A stretch of DNA of 64,000 nt from the sequence record MW812339.1. The stretch is one strand, 5' to 3'. The notes under the pieces were generated by a model. It was not told where the DNA came from and did not search any database. It worked only from the letters and a program-made list of their open reading frames with translations. Of this stretch, positions 28,023 to 37,400 are shown one piece after another. Made by a program: the position numbers and the translations under genes. How positions within the stretch are numbered: the first letter of the stretch is position 1; the number at the start of each line of letters is the position of its first letter.

Positions 28023-28553
28023 TTACGCCGTCACTTCTTCAATCAGCGTGATGCGTGCTGGATGGAAGGTGTGGTAAGCAACCGCCCCCGGATATGGTCC
28101 ATGAACTGCATGGACTGCACCGTCGTAGTTGTTCGCCAGCATAGATGCGTGTACGGTTGTGGTGCTGTACACTTCCTCTGCCCACAGCGGCAACTTGTCG
28201 AATTCTTCCGGGAACTGCGTGAAGACTTCCATCAGCTTCAGACCCGGATGACGTTCCTGCACACGTTCCCATTCATTGGTTTCGGTCAGCTCCACCGGAT
28301 TGCTACGCGCCAGCTGGTTGTAAAGGTCAGCGGACAGCAGTGGACGGAACTTGCCTATGTCAACAAACGGATCGGTAGTATCGGTGATGAACGGGTTGTC
28401 GATGCTGATAGCCACTTTACTGATAAAAGTTTGGCCGAAGTAGGAGGAGGCTTTGGACTTCGCCACTTCTTTATCGGCGTAGATAACAACAGAAGAACCG
28501 AAGTTGGCGTCCATGAAAGGTTTGATGGTAATTAAGTAGCCTTCGTAGTTCAT
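28023..28553 (-). CDS. Divergent ADP-ribosyltransferase-like protein (ART-PolyVal-like)
   Basis: N-terminal YEG, IYADKEVA, SYF...KVAISIDNPF, NYDGAV...YHTFHPARI pattern; start at 28553 with AGGAG RBS. Confidence 0.45.
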   Translation of the reverse strand: MNYEGYLITIKPFMDANFGSSVVIYADKEVAKSKASSYFGQTFISKVAISIDNPFITDTTDPFVDIGKFRPLLSADLYNQLARSNPVELTETNEWERVQERHPGLKLMEVFTQFPEEFDKLPLWAEEVYSTTTVHASMLANNYDGAVHAVHGPYPGAVAYHTFHPARITLIEEVTA

Positions 28554-28554
28554 G

Positions 28555-29103
28555 TCATGCTCCTGTGAAATTGTAAGTTTTGCTATCAAGCAGATGGGTG
28601 GTTTGGGTTTCGAAGAAATGCAGAATCGGTTCTACAGGCAAGCCTGAAGAATTGCTAACACGTACCGTTTCCATCAGGCCGTTCTCGTTTGCCTTTTGGA
28701 GTAACGCCAACGTATCTTCGATGCGCGGAGTGCGGATGCTGATGGTAGTCTCGCTGTTATCGTCTTGGACATCGACGAACGTCAACTGCGATGGTGCCAT
28801 CTGTCCGATGCGAGTTTCTGGACCCACAATAACCTTCAAGGTCGGTTCATGTACCCGCCGCTGCTGGTACATCTGAAAGACCAACGGGTCAATTTCAGAA
28901 ACACCCACACACACCGCAGTTAATGTAGCGACCAACGGATCGTTATCACGCCAGAAGATGCCACGAGGAATGGACTTATCCATCAGGAAAACGAGCATCA
29001 CATCTTTCTTCTCCGGCAAATCCAGCTCGACTTCATCAAACCCTTCATCACCCTTCAAAGACTCCAGCCAGACGTCCTTGCGTACTTCGACTAAACGAAA
29101 CAT
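28555..29103 (-). CDS. Hypothetical protein
   Basis: 182 aa, AAGGAG RBS. Confidence 0.75.
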   Translation of the reverse strand: MFRLVEVRKDVWLESLKGDEGFDEVELDLPEKKDVMLVFLMDKSIPRGIFWRDNDPLVATLTAVCVGVSEIDPLVFQMYQQRRVHEPTLKVIVGPETRIGQMAPSQLTFVDVQDDNSETTISIRTPRIEDTLALLQKANENGLMETVRVSNSSGLPVEPILHFFETQTTHLLDSKTYNFTGA

Positions 29104-29112
29104 GATTGCTCC

Positions 29113-29697
29113 TTATGGAAGGTAAATGCAGCGGTGGTTACGGAACCCGTGCTCTTCGGTAATGTGGCGCGAGATAGTGTGTTCAATGGACGGCGTGTAG
29201 CAGACCAGATGCAGCTCTTGTGTTTCTTCCAGACCCGGAACCACAACATCAATCCACGGCAGCCCGCCCATTCCGTTATACGAGTCTTGTGTAACGGTGA
29301 ACGGTTGCATGGCATGTACGGGCTGTTCTGCATCTTCTTCTACGCGGGTAAAGCGCAGGATTCCCGGCTTACAACCCTCAACCATAATCGTACGCGGTAA
29401 GTCATAGGCCACCACATCGGATTTCTGCTCGTAGGCGTCTTTATAACGACGCAGGAGTTTCACATCGGTCTCCAGCGCAGTGGTAATCACGTTGTACAGC
29501 ATCACCAGACGTTGCCCGTTATCTTCGGTGACGTGTTTCACGAACACCATGATCGGAATACCGTCCAGTTGGAATACCACAAAGTTGGCGGTGTTGTATT
29601 TCAAGCAGGCTTCAACGACACGCGGCGCACGGGCACGGTAACGCTGACACATCCCTTCGTAATTCATTTCGTGTTGTTCAATAATCGCTTTACGCAT
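29113..29697 (-). CDS. Hypothetical protein
   Basis: 194 aa. Confidence 0.75.
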   Translation of the reverse strand: MRKAIIEQHEMNYEGMCQRYRARAPRVVEACLKYNTANFVVFQLDGIPIMVFVKHVTEDNGQRLVMLYNVITTALETDVKLLRRYKDAYEQKSDVVAYDLPRTIMVEGCKPGILRFTRVEEDAEQPVHAMQPFTVTQDSYNGMGGLPWIDVVVPGLEETQELHLVCYTPSIEHTISRHITEEHGFRNHRCIYLP

Positions 29698-29757
29698 GTT
29701 TAATACTCTTTAAGGGTTTAAATAGATGAAGGGGGCACAAAGGCCCCCGGTTACAAA

Positions 29758-31029
29758 TTAGATTAACTGCAACTTCGCAATGAAAAGCAACTGACGACCG
29801 ATACGCTGGACATCGTGCCAGCCATTCTCTTTACCCCATGCGATGGTGGCATCGTAGTGCCAATCCATCAGCACTTCATTTCCCCACGCATCACGTACCG
29901 CTTTCGAGGACATCAGGAAAGAGGGTTCGGCAACAGAACGCAGCTCAGGATCAGGTAAACGACTCGCAACGGTGTCATCCACTATCCGTTTATTTCCACG
30001 CAGTACCAGCACGGCCTGTTTGACGACAGATGGACCACCATGTGGGCCGGCCTGAGCTTTCTTAATGATGTTGATTGCCCAGCAGCCATGACGATCACTG
30101 GGGCTATATTCGGTGTTAACGAAAATCTCGGCAGTAGCAGAAGGATATTCTTTGTCAGTGGTGCTTTGCAGCGCGCCATCGATAAGACCATCGCAAACGT
30201 TAATGTCATACTCGTCTGGCTCAGCCTTGCGCCAATCGGCATTGGCAACGAAAAGTTTATCTTCCAGTTCGACGTTCCAGATATCTGCATTCAGCAGTTC
30301 ACTGAAATAACCTTTGAGTCCGTCCCAGCCTCGCGAAAGGTGACCGTTCATCGCTGTTGCGATCTGGCTCGCGGCAGGATGTATGGCACGACGTTCCTCA
30401 GCGACGTACTCCTTAAGCACGTAAGTCGAACGGTGTATCGGTTCAACCTGATCGGAATAAATGAGCAGTTCAACATATCTGCTGGAAGACTGCCGTTTCT
30501 TCCCGAGACGGACGTCAACGGTCCGTATATCATCGCTGAAACGTATAAGTCCTCCGAGCATCGCCGTTAGCTCTGGATGTCTCTGCCATTCGTAGTCACT
30601 CCACGCCGCGAGGACGCTAGACTCTGCTTCATCTTTGAAACCCGCCTTTTTCAACGCGGAATTGAGCATGGGTACGAACAGAGACGGGTCTTTCGTCGCG
30701 GTTAGAAGATCATACGGCACAAGTCCGTCATCGTTCATCGCGGCAACGGTATAAGCCCACGTCGACATGGGAAGTCCACTTTCGCGGGAAACGTATTGCA
30801 CGACGAAAATACTGTGCGGCCCTTTCCCAACCGTCATGGAGACAGTTACCGTACAATCTTTTACTTTCGGAAAAATACTACCCCACGGTAGCTCTTTCCA
30901 AGTAAAGAGAACTTGTCCTATTTTAACGTATTGTGCCGTCGATAGTTCTTCGAAGAACCCGCCCTTCCAAATGGATTCCACGCGAGCTTTTACTGCATCT
31001 GCAAATGCCACATCTTCTACGTTGTACAT
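29758..31029 (-). CDS. Hypothetical protein (start MYNVED likely)
   Basis: Track ORF 29758..31050; AAAGGT precedes ATG at 31029. Confidence 0.75.
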   Translation of the reverse strand: MYNVEDVAFADAVKARVESIWKGGFFEELSTAQYVKIGQVLFTWKELPWGSIFPKVKDCTVTVSMTVGKGPHSIFVVQYVSRESGLPMSTWAYTVAAMNDDGLVPYDLLTATKDPSLFVPMLNSALKKAGFKDEAESSVLAAWSDYEWQRHPELTAMLGGLIRFSDDIRTVDVRLGKKRQSSSRYVELLIYSDQVEPIHRSTYVLKEYVAEERRAIHPAASQIATAMNGHLSRGWDGLKGYFSELLNADIWNVELEDKLFVANADWRKAEPDEYDINVCDGLIDGALQSTTDKEYPSATAEIFVNTEYSPSDRHGCWAINIIKKAQAGPHGGPSVVKQAVLVLRGNKRIVDDTVASRLPDPELRSVAEPSFLMSSKAVRDAWGNEVLMDWHYDATIAWGKENGWHDVQRIGRQLLFIAKLQLI

Positions 31030-31126
31030 GGTTTTTACCTTTAAGTACACTACATTGACCGAAAAGCGTCACTAAAGGACGCTCGGTGTATAAGCGACTG
31101 GTTCGTTTAATAACCAACACTCACGA

Positions 31127-31146
31127 AAATAATATCTATCTGAAAA
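31127..31146 (-). promoter_or_regulatory. Candidate phage early promoter, copy D
   Basis: TTTTCAGATAGATATTATTT on minus strand, followed by TCGTGAG. Confidence 0.6.
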
Positions 31147-31464
31147 TCAATGCACTACAAGCACGATAACATCGTCAATACGCAGGTTCAGCGTAGAGTA
31201 GTTGTTAACCAGACGCTGGTAGCGCAGCCCTTTCTCGAATTGGTCGAAAGTGCCGTCCGCCATCATGTAGACCGCACTCTGCACAACGCCTTGGAACAGG
31301 TCGTCGTAGAAGTGGTCGACTTCCCCCGGCTTGTAGAAACGCATCTTCTGGTTGTTTGCGAAGATGGTATCGAGTTTTCCATCGGATGCTTTCTGTAATG
31401 CTTCAAAAGCACTGTCTGCATCGTTACGCTCTAAGGCGTTCTTTAAGGTCTGGAACAAAGACAT
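31147..31464 (-). CDS. Hypothetical protein
   Basis: 105 aa, AAGGAG RBS. Confidence 0.7.
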   Translation of the reverse strand: MSLFQTLKNALERNDADSAFEALQKASDGKLDTIFANNQKMRFYKPGEVDHFYDDLFQGVVQSAVYMMADGTFDQFEKGLRYQRLVNNYSTLNLRIDDVIVLVVH

Positions 31465-31642
31465 CGTTTACTCCTTGTTGTTGGGATGGGATAGGTCAAA
31501 GTCAACTACGAGGATGTCGGTACCCTCCGGGTACCTCCGCTAAGTAGGATAGATCCACAAATCCCCCTTTCCCCCGTATAACCGGACACTATCAAACGAT
31601 CTACCCGAATCGTAAAAAAGAGTAGTATGAGAGGAGGGCGGC

Positions 31643-32599
31643 ATGAACAAGTCAAAATCAGCTTTGCACATTTTCTCGATCGGTGTCGTGGCTGAAGACA
31701 AAGAGCCCGGTAAGGATCGAGTTAAGGTTATCCCGATAGAAACCAATTTCATTCAACCGACGGCGGTACAGGCAACTGAATCACCGACGGAGAAGCAGCA
31801 CGAGTCAGCGGGCGCTACAGAGACCCTGAACGTGGCCACCGGTAATGCCATCACTGCGAAGTGGTGGAAGTTCAACTCTAACCGAGTGAACGCACCCGAT
31901 GTAAAGAAAGAAGACTACGTACTGATTCACCGCATGGGCGAGACAGACATGTATTTCTGGGAAGACCTGAACATGTCCAACGTCAAGCGTTTAGAAGACG
32001 CGGTCTACGCATGGGCAGCCGACCCTGAGAACCAAATGGCTGACGACCTCTCCAATGCGTACGTGCTGAACGTCTCCACACGCGATGGCCACATCTCGTT
32101 GCGCACGAGTATGGCAAACGGTGAGAAGAATGCGTATCTGATGCAGTTGAACACCCGTGACGGGTTGTGGCAGTTAGTGGATGATAAAGGGCGCAAGTTC
32201 TACATGAACTCGCCGGAAGACGATTTGGGCTTTGAGAATGCGATGCTCTCGAAAGTGAACATCAATAAAGAAGACGCTTTCATCTTTTCGAAGAAGTCTA
32301 TCAATCTCGAAACCCAGACCATCAACGAGAAGTGTAAGGTGCGTATCTGTAACGCGTCCGAGTCGATTACCAACACTACAGAGACATACACTACCAATGC
32401 TAGTGCTTCGGCGACCTTTAAGACCCCACAGGGTACATTCACCGAGAAGTTCAATGTCGGCAGCGACTTCCAGTATGGTGGGGAAGGTACAGGTATCGGC
32501 ACGTTCACTGTGTCCGAAGCGATTATCAAAGGTATTACGTTTACCATGCACGTACACACCGAACAAGGCGACGGCAAGGACGTTTCTACACCACACTAA
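31643..32599 (+). CDS. Baseplate central spike (gp5/gpV-like)
   Basis: N-terminal OB-fold-like GVVAEDKEPGKDRVKV, Thr/Ser-rich beta-repeat middle, C-terminal HVH metal motif (FTMHVHTEQGDG...STPH). Confidence 0.7.
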   Translation: MNKSKSALHIFSIGVVAEDKEPGKDRVKVIPIETNFIQPTAVQATESPTEKQHESAGATETLNVATGNAITAKWWKFNSNRVNAPDVKKEDYVLIHRMGETDMYFWEDLNMSNVKRLEDAVYAWAADPENQMADDLSNAYVLNVSTRDGHISLRTSMANGEKNAYLMQLNTRDGLWQLVDDKGRKFYMNSPEDDLGFENAMLSKVNINKEDAFIFSKKSINLETQTINEKCKVRICNASESITNTTETYTTNASASATFKTPQGTFTEKFNVGSDFQYGGEGTGIGTFTVSEAIIKGITFTMHVHTEQGDGKDVSTPH

Positions 32600-32729
32600 G
32601 TTATTTACGTATCATCGCGATAATGTGACAACAAACCCTAATGTCGACACTCGACGAACTTTAATCCGTCGCTTGCAAGCATTGGTCACTTTTTTCGCGC
32701 AACGTAAGCCGTTGTCCTTACGGAGGAAA

Positions 32730-32768
32730 CCTCTACTCTTCGGAGTAGAGGGATTTCTTTTTTTATTT
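32730..32768 (+). terminator. Intrinsic terminator
   Basis: CCTCTACTC-TTCG-GAGTAGAGG followed by T-tract. Confidence 0.85.
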
Positions 32769-32849
32769 ACGTTTCTTCACTAATCCTATGCCTCGGAAGT
32801 ACAAGTAGATAGACAAAGGGTCTTTTACTTTTCATTAGCTATTGGAGAT

Positions 32850-33068
32850 ATGGAAATGAGTATTCGTGAAATTACTGCCGTCGACAGCGATGTAACTGGT
32901 CTGGTTGAAGCGGGTTCTGTACAGGTATCTGGCCTGAGCACCGTTGATGAAGTTACCAACGCTCTGGCAGAGAAAGCAGCAGAAAAAGGCGCAGTCGCAT
33001 TCAAAGTTACCGCTTGCGGCGGCAACAACAAACTGTTTGGCAACGCGATCTACTACGTAAACGCGTAA
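32850..33068 (+). CDS. DUF1471 (YdgH/BhsA/McbA-like) domain protein without signal peptide
   Basis: GSVQVSGLSTVDEVTNALAEKAAEKGAVAFKVTACGGNNKLFGNAIYY matches the DUF1471 pattern. Confidence 0.75.
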   Translation: MEMSIREITAVDSDVTGLVEAGSVQVSGLSTVDEVTNALAEKAAEKGAVAFKVTACGGNNKLFGNAIYYVNA

Positions 33069-33070
33069 GC

Positions 33071-33129
33071 AAAAAAACAAACAGGTCTCCTACTCCCCGT
33101 TGGGGAGTAGGAGTTTACCTTTTATTTTT
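33071..33129. terminator. Bidirectional intrinsic terminator
   Basis: 12-bp stem CTCCTACTCCCC/GGGGAGTAGGAG with A- and T-tracts. Confidence 0.85.
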
Positions 33130-34384
33130 TGCGTGCTTTAAAGCGGTGCATCTCAGCGAACACTTTACCGTACGGACCAAACGGTCCCACGATAGCTTGC
33201 GCATCGTTCACCAGGTTCTGGTTCTGCCAACGGGCGTTTCCTAACAGATAGTTCTCGCGGTCGAAGAACGTGGTGTTGAACACCCACTCCCCTTCTTCCC
33301 AAGTTGGCCAGTACGCCACGCATTTCCCATAGCGGTTAATGAGAGGACCTAACGGCTTCTCCCCATCAATGTCATTCGGGTCTTTCAGATAGAATCGACC
33401 CCAAACCGCGTTATGGTTCACCCCGATAGTTTCTTTCTCTACGTACGGATTGTCCACCGTAAAGACAAAGGAAGACTCGTGGGTCAGTAACGCTTTCAAG
33501 GTTTCCGAGTTACGGATACGTTGCACGCTAGTCGGTGTGCTCAAGTCGCCTACCCCAATGCTGTCCCAGTCGTAGTAACGTCGTGTCTCCAGTACAAGAC
33601 GGGCCAGGTTCAGGTTTGGCATCGCGAGCATAATCGCTTTGTCGCTGAAATACCCGGACGGTGGTAACCAGTGTAGAATACCCCCGATAACGTACCCTAC
33701 CGTTTTCCCCGTAATGGAGTCAGGCAGAGACAACATCAGCGTAGAGTAATAGTCACGGGTCACGTCGAGCTTGTTCATGGTCAGGCCCGAGATAGGATAC
33801 GTTTTCACATTCCCTAAGTCAGAGAACACCATACAGCCGATATCGGGCGTGTTAGCACGACGTACGATATTGCCGGCACCCGTTAAACGTACCCCAACGG
33901 AATCGGCCTGATGTGGAACCCATTGACCGTTGATGTTGTACAACACACCGTTACGATATTTGTCTTTCCACTCGTCATCGCAAAGAACCACCACGTCGTG
34001 AGCATCGGCCATGTCGAAGTCCTGAGTATAATGATAGCCAGGAGGGCACAGGTGAGTTTCTACGGGGGTGTCGGCATTAATGGACTGGTAATGTGCCGAA
34101 GTGAACTCGAGCTTAGGAAGACCCGGTTTAAGCGTTGGAATCGCAACCCCCGCTTTGGTGTTTAACCAGTCTTGCAACGTGTCGCTACGGTTCTGGAGTT
34201 CAGCCAGGTGGTATTGGTTGAAGAAGGTGTAGTCTGTCCCGAGAGCTGACACACCAACTTCGAATAATTGGTAGTTGCTGCACAGGGTATTTAAGGGCTG
34301 CGTGACGTCGATGGTTCCCCAAGTCCGGGTGTCTCGGGAGAAGCCAAAGGCGCTATCAGCCCGCACTTGATAAGCGGTAGTCAC
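33122..34384 (-). CDS. Probable virion (baseplate-region) protein
   Basis: 420 aa, divergent from fibre gene cluster; context inference. Confidence 0.55.
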   Translation of the reverse strand: MTTAYQVRADSAFGFSRDTRTWGTIDVTQPLNTLCSNYQLFEVGVSALGTDYTFFNQYHLAELQNRSDTLQDWLNTKAGVAIPTLKPGLPKLEFTSAHYQSINADTPVETHLCPPGYHYTQDFDMADAHDVVVLCDDEWKDKYRNGVLYNINGQWVPHQADSVGVRLTGAGNIVRRANTPDIGCMVFSDLGNVKTYPISGLTMNKLDVTRDYYSTLMLSLPDSITGKTVGYVIGGILHWLPPSGYFSDKAIMLAMPNLNLARLVLETRRYYDWDSIGVGDLSTPTSVQRIRNSETLKALLTHESSFVFTVDNPYVEKETIGVNHNAVWGRFYLKDPNDIDGEKPLGPLINRYGKCVAYWPTWEEGEWVFNTTFFDRENYLLGNARWQNQNLVNDAQAIVGPFGPYGKVFAEMHRFKARKK

Positions 34385-34452
34385 AGGCGAATTCCTCTAA
34401 AGGTACAGGTCATAGTATGAACTCGACGACCCTCGGAGAAAAGGAGTATAAA

Positions 34453-37400
34453 ATGGCTGTCGTCCCTGATCCGCACTTTAATCAACCGGGGAATAAGCAG
34501 ACCGGTGAAGCGGTGACGCCAATCGGTACGAAGTATCGAATGCTGTTCCCCGTACACGCCCCCTTTTTTACCACATCCCTGGTAGTCAAGAGTGGCGGTA
34601 AAACTTTAAAACTGGGTGACGACTACGTCATTACCCATCCTTACATGGTAGGGATGTCACGTACCGGGTATCTGACCCACGGTGCGGTGTGGATTACTAA
34701 TGACAAGTACACCAACAACTTCACGATGGACTACCATGCTGTGGGTATCGCTGAGGCGACTGCGTCACAGATTGCGGCAGAACGTGAAGCCAATAAAGAT
34801 AAGTACCCCACGGCCATCGAGTGCCAGTGGGATGCGGTAGTTGGCGATGTCTACTTCCCACCGGTTGATATTCAGTTTGACTGGGAGAACTGGCGTGGTG
34901 AACTGGAGCTGATGCAGGCCATTGCAGCCATTGGTACCAAGATTGGCCAACTGCCTCCGATCCCTGACCCGTATATCGGCAACCGATTCGCCCCGGCGTT
35001 CCCTGCCGATATCATGATGAGCGGCAGTCGACAATACGTTAACTACGACAACCAGGGCGGGTACGTTGCAAAGAACAATGGCCAGGCGATTGTTTATTTG
35101 TCGTCGAACGATTATCTGCTTTTCAACTTTAAGGTTGATACTGAGTACAACCTGTCATCTTACGCTTCAAACGTTAACGCGAAACAGTTTTGGTCAATGC
35201 CACTGGGTTACCTAGGTACTAGCAGCGGTGTGCAGAACGTTGGTATTAGCTGGGACAGCACCTCGTTGGTGATGCGATTTGCTATTACGATTGCAGGGGT
35301 TGAGTACCCGGTAGCGTCGTTCCCAGCACCGAAATCGTTCATGGCCAAATTCCGTGTACGTTTCGATCGTAACTACGACCTGGACACGTTGCGCTGCGTT
35401 GTTACCGGCGCAGATGGGTCGACGAAAATCGATACTGTTTTTGACTTTAGAAATCCACCGTCTAATCTGGTTGCGATTTTTGCGCAGTATAATGTACTTA
35501 AAGCCGTACACCGCGGGGTGGATTTCCGTAACTCATGGTACGTTGTACGGGGCGATACCTGGAAACATAATGTCTTCCCAGGCATGGCTGTTCCCGATGG
35601 TAGCGATGTCTTAACGCTGCTTAAGCATTATCACAGCATCGTCGACGCATTGTATCGGAACGCGCCAGCACATGCGCACATCCCACGAGTGGATAACCCA
35701 CACCGTGATATCTGGGGTGCAATTCGCGCACTCGAGCAAGGCGGTATCGCGTCTGATGCAACGTTGGTTTACGGTAAGAACCAATCTCAGTTGGCTGACT
35801 ATGTAAATACTCAGCTGCCGAAGTTAGCCGACCTGGCTAATAAGCTACTGAGAATGCCAGCTGCCCCACAGGCCATTAATGGTACGTTCGGAACGAAACC
35901 GGGTTTAACCTCGGTGACGTCAGCAGTGGGTACCGATGAATCGAACGGTGTGGGTGCACAGTTCACAGTTGATGCGAAGGTCATTCGCTTCTTGGGGCGC
36001 GACTCCACTACTGTGAATGCGGGCAATAACGCGATTACGTTCCAGAGTGGTGCAAACCAACTGATTCTGTATCCCGATTCTCGTGGGTTACTGTTTAATG
36101 GTAAGAAGCTGCTTGACCCAACTACGGTGGCCCCGTATCTGCCGGGTAACGAAGGTGGTGGTGACGGATTGTTCTACGGGACTTCCACAGCCACGGTAAC
36201 GATTAATGGTAACGGGATTCAGTCCGTGCCGTTTATCTGTCAGTTTGTTCCACCAACTAGCGATGACTTAGGTCTGCTGGTAATGCGTAAACTGGCTACC
36301 GACTTTGGTACAGCAGAAGACTTAGCGGCTACACCTGCGTTGATTGCGAAACTGGATGCGATGTTTACTGGGAAACTGGTGAAAGCCAAATCCTACGTAA
36401 ACGACTTACCACTTACCGGTTCCATTTACCTCGACAAAACCAGTTATGGTTTAGACCAGGTACAGGACATCCCTGATACCCAGTTACTGATTTCGACTCT
36501 GCAGCAAGCTGAGCTGGATAAGTACGCAGTCGTGGGGCATAGCCATCAAGCATCCGCTTTCGGCATTGATACCGCAACAGACGTTCAGTTTGGCCTGGTG
36601 AAGTATTCTCTGGCAGTTGATGACGCCACGCTGGCGTTGGACGGGGGCGAGGTAATTCGCCAAACGACGTCCGTGACTGAAATCGAAGGAGTGGCGAAGT
36701 CTCTGGACTCGGGTGCAGCCATTGACATCATTCGCTTCGGACCTCCGGGTACCGGAACGATTGAAGGCGGCGCAACGTTTACTGGATGGATGTTAACGAT
36801 CAAAGCGGGTACGTACTTCGTGGGTCAAGAGTACACCGTCCCGCTAACCACCATCAACTTGACCGAAGCGTTCCCTGGGGCGTACGAAGATGTTGAAATG
36901 GGCATCTACGTCGATGTTCAGGACAACGCTGCGGTTTACCGTATCTTCGCCAACAAGGATACGGCTGAAACGGACACGATGACGGCAGTTGGTATTGTCG
37001 GAACCTCAGAAGACGAGATTGTAATGGCTGAAGTTCACAGCGTTACACGTCTGGGGGATTTCCGTGAACTCGAAGAACACATTGCTGACGACAACGCGCA
37101 CATCAAGCGTACGATGACGCAGGCAGAATTCGGATTCACGTATGGTACTGGCGGGCCTGTGTGGCGCAGCGGTATCATGGACAATACCCGTGGCGAGGGT
37201 GACTGGCGCGGCGCGTTAGCCGACGGATACTATCCGATGGGGGCTGTACAGTACGACGACGCTAATGGTCGTTGGACATTCCGGCCGAACGGAACATCCG
37301 TTAACGACTACCGCTTTATCCACAACCTGTTCCCGATGTATTTGAACCAGGGCGTCACTGCAAACTGGTTGTCTTCTGACACCGGTAATGCTTCGATGTT

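Noticed and set aside
28540-29670. Identical MNYEG pentapeptide near the N-termini of 28023..28553 and 29113..29697
   Set aside because: Similarity does not extend further and codons differ; treated as coincidence.
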